Assembly (NCBI GenBank): GCA_963718515.1
Contig: OY970354.1
Coordinates: 758,808 to 822,807 of the forward strand
Reading direction: 5' to 3'
Length of the DNA: 64,000 nucleotides
DNA from: an uncultured bacterium
GTDB taxonomy: Bacteria > Patescibacteriota > Minisyncoccia > UBA6257 > 2-01-FULL-56-20
Shown here: positions 47,694 through 57,030 of the stretch, one piece after another
Layout of the letters: each line of letters opens with the position of its first letter
Numbering within the stretch: the first letter of the stretch is position 1
Program-made: the position numbers and the translations under genes
The notes under the pieces: generated by a model
What the model saw: only the letters and a program-made list of their open reading frames with translations
What the model was told of the DNA's origin: nothing
The model's database searches: none

Positions 47694-49015
47694 AGGTCTA
47701 TATGTTGAATAAAATAAAATATCCAGAATCCAAGCATAAGAATTAAAAGAAATGAAATACCCGCCTTCAAAGGATCAAGTACCGATGAGAAGGCGGCGTA
47801 GGTTGTTGTCGTGATAAGCGTGCTCGTGTTTGTCCCCTCTTGGAAGTTGGTAAAGGCAGTTGTAATAATCGAAGCGTAACCGAATGGCACGCGTGTCGAG
47901 AGGTTGTCCCATGTGCCATGAAAAGAATCATAAAGATCGTTCTGCTCTGATGAGTTAGGAATAAACATATTGCATCCTGCTTCTTCTATGTTTCCGACCG
48001 GATCGTCTAAGAAGCTCGAAGTGGTATATTGGCAGTCCGCCGCGGTAGATGATGTTTCGCCACCGCCGAAATTAAACATGCCATTGGGGAACGGCGCGAA
48101 CGCGGGCGCGTTGTTGCTCACCGTAAACGTAATAACTGATCCCGTGATATCAAAACCCGTGGAGCTATTCGCCACTTCGATGTCGGCGTACCATACGCTC
48201 GAGCTCGGCCCTTGCGGGGTTGAGAATTGATAGGTTTGAGGGATGGTAAGTTCGGTATCGGTGCCTGCTGGAAGTCCCGAATAGGTCGTTGATGCGGTAA
48301 GACTAAGATTGCCTGGTCCCGTACCAAAGTGAACGGTTACGATGCCATCCTGCGTACTCGTGGAATTGTTTGATAAATAAAAATCCCATTTGGGAAATTG
48401 CCCGATAACCGCACCGTCGAACGGCTGGAGAAATTCGGGTTGCACGGGTTCTTCAACGGAATTAACGTAGAAGGTTTGTGAGTAGTCAGTACTATTCGGC
48501 AATGATTCACTCACGCCACAGGTGTATCCGTTGTAATAAAAAAGCGTGAGGTAGATTGGCGTCGCTTCCGTGATGCCTACCGTGCTTACGAATGAATTGC
48601 TATTAGCGTCCCAGACGGTACTAATGGGGCCGTAGGTATTGCCATATGTCCCTTCGCTTGCTCCGCTGTAAGCGCTACCAAATCCAGGCGCACACGGTCC
48701 TCCTGTGCCTACACCACCATGCGTGAGCACATGGCCACCAGCCGACCATCCGGCGTAGGGGCCGTTATAGCTAAGTTCCGGATCAGTGCTCGTGCCGTTG
48801 ATCGAAACCATGATCCCACCCGGCAAATCATAGCCAAATAACCCAAGTTGGATTTTATGCCACTGAATTTCTAGGTTTCCATTCTGATCGAGAAAGATCG
48901 TGTCGGGCTGAACATATGACGCGGGTGTAGTGATGCTAAACGCGAGCGCATTATGAGATGAGAACGCGAGCGTCCCCATGACCGCAAGAAACCCGATGAG
49001 AATATATTTTTTCAT
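47690..49015 (-). CDS. Secreted protein (441 aa) with a C-terminal TM anchor
   Basis: The signal peptide is MKKYILIGFLAVMGTLAFSSHNALA. A large Ser/Thr/Gly/Asn-rich ectodomain follows. The C-terminus is AAFSSVLDPLKAGISFLLILMLGFWIFYFIQH. Confidence 0.65.
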   Translation of the reverse strand: MKKYILIGFLAVMGTLAFSSHNALAFSITTPASYVQPDTIFLDQNGNLEIQWHKIQLGLFGYDLPGGIMVSINGTSTDPELSYNGPYAGWSAGGHVLTHGGVGTGGPCAPGFGSAYSGASEGTYGNTYGPISTVWDANSNSFVSTVGITEATPIYLTLFYYNGYTCGVSESLPNSTDYSQTFYVNSVEEPVQPEFLQPFDGAVIGQFPKWDFYLSNNSTSTQDGIVTVHFGTGPGNLSLTASTTYSGLPAGTDTELTIPQTYQFSTPQGPSSSVWYADIEVANSSTGFDITGSVITFTVSNNAPAFAPFPNGMFNFGGGETSSTAADCQYTTSSFLDDPVGNIEEAGCNMFIPNSSEQNDLYDSFHGTWDNLSTRVPFGYASIITTAFTNFQEGTNTSTLITTTTYAAFSSVLDPLKAGISFLLILMLGFWIFYFIQHIDL

Positions 49016-49021
49016 GATAGA

Positions 49022-49255
49022 TCATTGTCCGCGATGCCGTATCGCGCCAATTACAAATTCCACGACCACAAGCGCGAGGAGAACGCCGATGATAAGGGTC
49101 GTGTAATTACTTAAGCTACCGAGCAATGCGGTTGCTTGCGTTAAAATATCCGCCGTGAAATTAGTAGGAAGCTCAATCGTGCCGGTAGCCACCTGCGCGA
49201 ATGCAAAGGCGGGAAGAAAAACGATGAATGGAATTGTATATAATATTTTCTTCAT
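49022..49255 (-). CDS. Small secreted coat/pilin-like protein (77 aa) with a hydrophobic C-terminal helix and basic end
   Basis: The sequence is MKKILYTIPFIVFLPAFAFA|QVATGTIELPTNFTADILTQATALLGSLSNYTTLIIGVLLALVVVEFVIGAIRHRGQ. The ATG overlaps the upstream stop (ATGA). The track start at 49297 is rejected. Confidence 0.6.
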   Translation of the reverse strand: MKKILYTIPFIVFLPAFAFAQVATGTIELPTNFTADILTQATALLGSLSNYTTLIIGVLLALVVVEFVIGAIRHRGQ

Positions 49256-49857
49256 TTCTTTTTGTGTTTGTTGAGTGCAACCAATTCTTTTGTCCACCAG
49301 AAAAATAATGGGATCGCCATTGCAACGATAAGGATCGAGAGAAGACCCAAGCCAGCCATAATATTTGAAATGCTCGCAAGAAGATCCACGGTGGTTGAGG
49401 ATGGCAATGCCAAAGCGCCCGGCTCGGCCGCAACGATAGGCGGAGGGGCAAAAAGATTAAACGTGCTTTCGTTGTAATAGCCAGTCCCTTGCCCGATCAT
49501 GTGCAAGCAACTCACGATAGTGCTTCCCGTCAAGCAACTGCCTTGTCCGTTTTCCGCCTGGTTTGTACTGATGATCGTGTAAGTTCCAATACCTGCCGAA
49601 ATAAAACCGAGTTGCGAAGGCGAATAAGTGCCGTCCGCGGAAGGATACGGATAGCCGTGGATTGAATCCGTATCCCCTACAATCATTCCGGCATAATCCA
49701 CCAAGACGACGCGACGGTTATCGTTACTCGTAACTGTAATTTGAAGATCGCTGAAATTTATCGAACTCGCTGGAGAAGTTGAAAGCGCGGCAAAAGCGGG
49801 CAACGCTGAAAGTGCCAAAGGGAAAATTAATGAAATTGTGATAAATAGTTTTTTCAT
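49252..49857 (-). CDS. Secreted protein (201 aa) with a C-terminal anchor paralogous to the coat/pilin-like proteins
   Basis: The signal peptide is MKKLFITISLIFPLALSALPAFA. The C-terminus is LPSSTTVDLLASISNIMAGLGLLSILIVAMAIPLFFWWTKELVALNKHKKK. Confidence 0.65.
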   Translation of the reverse strand: MKKLFITISLIFPLALSALPAFAALSTSPASSINFSDLQITVTSNDNRRVVLVDYAGMIVGDTDSIHGYPYPSADGTYSPSQLGFISAGIGTYTIISTNQAENGQGSCLTGSTIVSCLHMIGQGTGYYNESTFNLFAPPPIVAAEPGALALPSSTTVDLLASISNIMAGLGLLSILIVAMAIPLFFWWTKELVALNKHKKK

Positions 49858-49915
49858 ATCACGGGTGAAGGGACGTTCTCACGACATCCCCTCGCCCGTG
49901 AGATGGGGTGAGAAC

Positions 49916-50185
49916 CTAGCGAGCTGCCCGAGACTTCGGCAAAAGGCCGATGACCTGCTTCGCAAAGTAAAATACCAGCGGAACAGCAGCGGCGATGATG
50001 ACAAGTCCCAAGATGCCCGGATCGGTAAAGATGTTCGATACCGATGCCAAGAGATCGGATACTGTGGACGACGGCACGGTAAGCGAGCCAGCCGGAACAG
50101 TCTGCGCGTGAGCCGCGACCGTCAAAGCCATGCCAACAATCGCGGCGCCTGCGCCAGATACCCACATGGAAATCTTTTTAATCAT
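49916..50185 (-). CDS. Small secreted coat/pilin-like protein (89 aa)
   Basis: The sequence is MIKKISMWVSGAGAAIVGMALTVAAHA|QTVPAGSLTVPSSTVSDLLASVSNIFTDPGILGLVIIAAAVPLVFYFAKQVIGLLPKSRAAR. It has a signal peptide, an amphipathic segment, a hydrophobic core and a basic tail. Confidence 0.65.
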   Translation of the reverse strand: MIKKISMWVSGAGAAIVGMALTVAAHAQTVPAGSLTVPSSTVSDLLASVSNIFTDPGILGLVIIAAAVPLVFYFAKQVIGLLPKSRAAR

Positions 50186-50245
50186 TTTCGTATGAATTGA
50201 GTTATATTTATTCGACCTTTATTTTCCGGAAATTAATTTATATTT

Positions 50246-50371
50246 TTAAAGCCAATTATCTATGAACGTGAATAGGAAGGTGTGAAGGGTTGTGAGACCG
50301 AACAACAGTAAAATCCATGAGGGATTTATCACCTGCGACCATGCTAAAAATATTTGATCGAGTGGTTGCAT
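50246..50371 (-). CDS. Tiny hydrophobic ORF 3 of 3 (41 aa)
   Basis: Manual translation gives MQPLDQIFLAWSQVINPSWILLLFGLTTLHTFLFTFIDNWL*. Its ATG shares one base with the upstream stop (TGATG). Confidence 0.45.
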   Translation of the reverse strand: MQPLDQIFLAWSQVINPSWILLLFGLTTLHTFLFTFIDNWL

Positions 50372-50526
50372 CAGTAATTGAATCCATCATTTTTTATCAC
50401 GACCTTGAGGAACTTATCGCCATTCGGACGATAGAACAGACCAAATATTCCATCGAACATTACCGTGATGCAGAAGTTGAGCATGAGGGTAAAAATGATT
50501 GCGCCGAGAAAATATTGGAATGTCAT
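50371..50526 (-). CDS. Tiny hydrophobic ORF 2 of 3 (51 aa)
   Basis: Manual translation gives MTFQYFLGAIIFTLMLNFCITVMFDGIFGLFYRPNGDKFLKVVIKNDGFNY*. Its ATG overlaps the upstream stop (ATGA). Confidence 0.45.
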   Translation of the reverse strand: MTFQYFLGAIIFTLMLNFCITVMFDGIFGLFYRPNGDKFLKVVIKNDGFNY

Positions 50527-50642
50527 GCTGGTTTGATATGGTTGTTATCGTCTTCATCAGGAACAAATTTGACGATCATAATTTCAACGAAGATCAGCGA
50601 GATCACCCCAGCCCAAAACCCTTGAAAAAAATCCCAGTTCAT
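50523..50642 (-). CDS. Tiny hydrophobic ORF 1 of 3 (39 aa)
   Basis: Manual translation gives MNWDFFQGFWAGVISLIFVEIMIVKFVPDEDDNNHIKPA*. It is the first of three overlapping-coupled ORFs on the element's coding strand. Confidence 0.45.
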   Translation of the reverse strand: MNWDFFQGFWAGVISLIFVEIMIVKFVPDEDDNNHIKPA

Positions 50643-50711
50643 TTTTGTTTGTTAAAAAATTTATCGAGCCAGCTTTTTTTTGGCGGTTGGAATCCGAATG
50701 GGCGCGGACGC

Positions 50712-50933
50712 TTAATCGAAGCCAGGCGCTTTGCAATCCAGTAAAGGATTATGAAACCGAGAATGGTAAGGATGGGTGTCATGGTTAATCTTCTTCGTAT
50801 TCGTTATCATCGTCCTCATCTTCGAGCTCGTCCTCAAAATCAACTTCGTGGCAACGACAATCACAAGTATCGCCGCCGTCGCACCAGTCGCTATGAGAAC
50901 AAATGGAACAAATGACCATGCTTCTATTTTCAT
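50712..50933 (-). CDS. Hypothetical small membrane protein (73 aa); a Cys-rich 44-aa alternative frame exists
   Basis: The TM helix is FVPFVLIATGATAAILVIVVATKLIL. A competing ORF at 50785..50919 reads MVICSICSHSDWCDGGDTCDCRCHEVDFEDELEDEDDDNEYEED*. I cannot tell which frame is used. Confidence 0.35.
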   Translation of the reverse strand: MKIEAWSFVPFVLIATGATAAILVIVVATKLILRTSSKMRTMITNTKKINHDTHPYHSRFHNPLLDCKAPGFD

Positions 50934-50955
50934 GCGACGAGTAAAATGTTTCCTG

Positions 50956-51132
50956 TTCCTATGTGTGCATAACTTGCCGGTGGCGACTTATCCACACATA
51001 GGAATTTGAACCGAAAAGAAAAAGGGGCAAATATACATATAAGCTAAACAGAAAAGAAGACAGAGGAATTACACCAAAACAAGACGGAGGGCAAATCTTA
51101 ATTAATTAAGAAATTAATTATATATTTGCCCC
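50956..51132. promoter_or_regulatory. Non-coding AT-rich region with nested inverted repeats and GGGCAAAT motifs (candidate origin/operator)
   Basis: One 12-bp inverted repeat is TTCCTATGTGTG (50956-50967) / CACACATAGGAA (50993-51004). A second 12-bp inverted repeat is GGGGCAAATATA (51024-51035) / TATATTTGCCCC (51121-51132). A third GGGCAAAT lies at 51089-51096. The palindrome TTAATTAATTAA lies at 51099-51110. Confidence 0.45.
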
Positions 51133-51140
51133 TATCCGAT

Positions 51141-51178
51141 AAAAAAAGAAAATCCGCCGGGCTTGTGAACCGGCGGAT
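51141..51178 (-). terminator. Rho-independent terminator after the 51194..51496 gene
   Basis: ATCCGCCGG-9 nt-CCGGCGGAT forms a 9-bp stem. The preceding AAAAAAAGAAAA on the plus strand gives a U-tract on the minus strand. Confidence 0.65.
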
Positions 51179-51193
51179 CATCCTACGATCGAA

Positions 51194-51496
51194 CTAAAAC
51201 TTAATCCGATAGTACGTTGCTTTTCGGAACAATCCATCTTTATCTCTAAAGGTGGTTGTCCATTGTTCCAAAAATCCTTTTTTCACGAGGGCATTTTTTG
51301 CCGTTCGGATAGCTTTGTAACTTATCCGAAGACGCCATGCCATTTTTTGCATTTCAACTAATTTCGGGACTTTGACGTTCCCAACTTCTTCCATGAAGCA
51401 TTGCAATACTCTCGTTTGACGATCGGTGAGTCGCCTAAGCTCGACGGATCGCGTAGCGTTGCTCGACACTTCGGCGAGAGGGGTAAATCCTTGCAT
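51194..51496 (-). CDS. Putative HTH/winged-helix DNA-binding protein (100 aa)
   Basis: LTDRQTRVLQCFMEE and ISYKAIRTAKNALVKKGFLE resemble an HTH with a following wing. It is the first gene pair at the right end of the element. Confidence 0.5.
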   Translation of the reverse strand: MQGFTPLAEVSSNATRSVELRRLTDRQTRVLQCFMEEVGNVKVPKLVEMQKMAWRLRISYKAIRTAKNALVKKGFLEQWTTTFRDKDGLFRKATYYRIKF

Positions 51497-51644
51497 ATTC
51501 TTTTTGTCTTAATTCCCTCGTGCATTTTTTGCATAGGATCGTTACGAGCTCACTTTCCCGTCCGGGAACCACGCGCTTGCGACAATACTTTTCGCACCGC
51601 ATACAGGTTTCCCAGCGATAGTAGAATTTTGTGTTTCCTTGCAT
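51435..51644 (-). CDS. Small zinc-ribbon protein (69 aa from M17; start uncertain)
   Basis: WETCMRCEKYC...ILCKKCTREL carries two CxxC pairs. The track start at 51692 falls inside the rplK terminator U-tract, so an internal ATG is preferred. The ORF overlaps the next ORF by 62 nt in another frame. Confidence 0.4.
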   Translation of the reverse strand: MQGNTKFYYRWETCMRCEKYCRKRVVPGRESELVTILCKKCTRELRQKEYARIYPSRRSVEQRYAIRRA

Positions 51645-51683
51645 GTCATAAGGGCAGTTATTTTGCCGACCTTTGGATGCAAC

Positions 51684-51709
51684 AAAAAACAACCATTCCT
51701 GGTTGTTTT
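51684..51709. terminator. Bidirectional terminator downstream of rplK
   Basis: The sequence is AAAAAACAACC-attcct-GGTTGTTTT. A- and T-tracts lie on either side. Confidence 0.6.
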
Positions 51710-51771
51710 AGTCGGAGTACCCAATGATAATTTTTGGGAAAACCCCGATTTTCTTAACTTTTTAGATTACG

Positions 51772-52197
51772 TTAGCCCTCAACAGTGATTCCCATATTCT
51801 TTGCGGTGCCCATGATGATGCGTTCGGCGGCTTCCAGGTTGTCAGTGTTGAGGTCGGGAAGTTTGCGCTCTGCGATCTTGCGAATGTCCGCGCGAGTGAC
51901 CTTGCCCACCTTGCCCGTCAGCGGATTGGCGGCGCCCTTCTCGATGCCGGCTGCCTGCTTGAGCAATGCCGACGCCGGAGGCGTCTTCAGGACGAAGCTA
52001 AAGGTACGATCATCGTAGATCGTGATCTTCGCGGGGACGATATCACCCTTCATATCCTTCGTGGCTTCATTGAACTGCTTGCAGAAGTCCTGGATGTTGA
52101 TCTGTTGAGGGCCCAAAGCCGTGCCTACCGGCGGCGCAGGATTAGCCCCGCCCGCGGGAAGTTGAAGCTTCAATACTGTTTTTACTTTCTTTGCCAT
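51772..52197 (-). CDS. rplK: 50S ribosomal protein L11
   Basis: [43 protein letters not shown]... is canonical L11. Confidence 0.95.
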   Translation of the reverse strand: MAKKVKTVLKLQLPAGGANPAPPVGTALGPQQINIQDFCKQFNEATKDMKGDIVPAKITIYDDRTFSFVLKTPPASALLKQAAGIEKGAANPLTGKVGKVTRADIRKIAERKLPDLNTDNLEAAERIIMGTAKNMGITVEG

Positions 52198-52281
52198 AGG
52201 AGAAATAGTACAAGATATTCCTTTTTAAATCAAGACTGCCTGGGGCACAGTGAATTCGCTCTGTCCCAGGCAAATCTTTAG

Positions 52282-52770
52282 TTAAAAAGGGATCTCCTCT
52301 GGCTTGATCTCGTCCTCTTCAAGATTTATCACTGGGATTTCGTCGAGTGATGGGGCACCGTCGGCGCTACCGCCGTGAGGGGCACTTGAATCGCTGGGTG
52401 ATCCAAAATTCCTGCCACCGCCTTGACCTCCGCCACCACCTTGGGGACGAGGCCCAAGTTGCATGCGCTCAGCCATAACCTCCGTCGTTTTGCGTTGCTG
52501 GCCCTGCTTGTCCGTCCAACTACGGGTCTGGAGCCGGCCTTCAATGAGCACCATTGCGCCCTTCGTAAGATATTGTCCCGCAATCTCCGCGGTCCTGCCC
52601 CAGAGAACGACGTTGTGAAACTCGGTCTGCTCCTGCTTCTGCCCGGCTTTATCCGTCCACGTGCGGTTGGTTGCAACGCCAATCGTCGTGACCGACTGCC
52701 CGCCCGGCGTTGTGCGCACTTGCGGATCTGCCGTCACCCGCCCCACCAAAATCACTTTATTTAAATCCAT
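52282..52770 (-). CDS. ssb: Single-stranded DNA-binding protein
   Basis: It has an OB fold (MDLNKVILVGRVTADPQVRTT...FHNVVLWGRTAEIAGQYLTKGAMVLIEGRLQTRSW), a Gly-rich linker and an acidic tip (EEDEIKPEEIPF). Confidence 0.95.
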   Translation of the reverse strand: MDLNKVILVGRVTADPQVRTTPGGQSVTTIGVATNRTWTDKAGQKQEQTEFHNVVLWGRTAEIAGQYLTKGAMVLIEGRLQTRSWTDKQGQQRKTTEVMAERMQLGPRPQGGGGGQGGGRNFGSPSDSSAPHGGSADGAPSLDEIPVINLEEDEIKPEEIPF

Positions 52771-52846
52771 GTTATTATGGTATTAGTTTATTTATCAAAA
52801 TTCTAGCACATCCCCCATTAAAACTCTCTAAAAGGAAATAGTGAGG

Positions 52847-52972
52847 CTGCAATAACCGAACACCCCTGCTTTTGAGGGACAGCCGGAGCCGCGAAGGCGG
52901 CGAGGCCAGAGGTGCGTGGCCAGTAGGCCACGACACCGTACCCGAAAAAGCAGGGGTGTTCGGTTATTGCAG
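52847..52972. repeat. 126-bp element: 27-bp perfect inverted repeat closing a 72-nt spacer with two internal hairpins
   Basis: The arms are CTGCAATAACCGAACACCCCTGCTTTT (52847-52873) and AAAAGCAGGGGTGTTCGGTTATTGCAG (52946-52972). The inner hairpins are GCCGC-gaag-GCGGC and CGTGGCC-agta-GGCCACG. The right arm contains the last codons and the stop of rpsF. Confidence 0.85.
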
Positions 52973-53416
52973 AATTTCCTCGATTTTCTTTTCGAGAGCC
53001 TCGTTGCTAAGCGGCCGAGAAGGTGCTGGTCTTGGAGCTTCCGGTGATGGCACCGAAGGAGTATAAGCGGCGGCGCGAGGGCGGCGCTCTTCGCGTTGCG
53101 GCATGAGCGAGGCCGAAGGGCGCTCGGCCGGAGCCGGCGAAGCGATCACCATAAAACGCAAGACATCGGCGCGGGCATTGAGGTCATGCTCGAGCGCTTT
53201 GATATCATCGCCAAACACCTTGAATGTAAAGTAAACAAAGACTGCCTCGTTATACTTTTTTATCTCATACGCAAGCTGGAGCCGTTTGGCGCGAGGTTCG
53301 GAAAGACCCTCGCCATTGTGCTGTGCAACCAAAGCCAACACGCCGGCGAGATTGTCTTCGCTCTTCAAAAGAAGCGCGAGTTCGTATTCCTTTTTATCTT
53401 TTTCTTCGTTGGTCAT
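52964..53416 (-). CDS. rpsF: 30S ribosomal protein S6 with a Pro/Ala-rich C-terminal extension
   Basis: The N-terminal ~95 aa are S6-like (YELALLLKSE...GEGLSEPRAKRLQLAYEIKKYNEAVFVYFTF...VLRFMVI). It lies upstream of ssb, as in rpsF-ssb operons. Confidence 0.85.
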   Translation of the reverse strand: MTNEEKDKKEYELALLLKSEDNLAGVLALVAQHNGEGLSEPRAKRLQLAYEIKKYNEAVFVYFTFKVFGDDIKALEHDLNARADVLRFMVIASPAPAERPSASLMPQREERRPRAAAYTPSVPSPEAPRPAPSRPLSNEALEKKIEEILQ

Positions 53417-53435
53417 AGTTCCCTATTATACCCGA

Positions 53436-57030
<3,595 letters not shown>

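Larger units (their letters stand above)
41276..51712 (-). mobile_element. AT-rich integrative element of about 10.4 kb (integrase, R-M, orphan MTase, membrane-protein array)
   Basis: Composition drops abruptly: a hand count of sample lines gives about 33% GC at 47401-47460 versus about 60% at 8581-8640. A tyrosine recombinase sits at the left end. Nearly all genes are on one strand with ATGA/TGATG overlaps. Terminators lie on both flanks. The element interrupts a core tmk ... rplK neighbourhood. Exact ends and att sites were not identified. Confidence 0.6.

Noticed and set aside
50317-50625. A 102-aa plus-strand ORF inside the mobile element.
   Set aside because: Three translationally coupled hydrophobic micro-ORFs on the element's coding strand explain the region better. 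The plus-strand ORF has no RBS.
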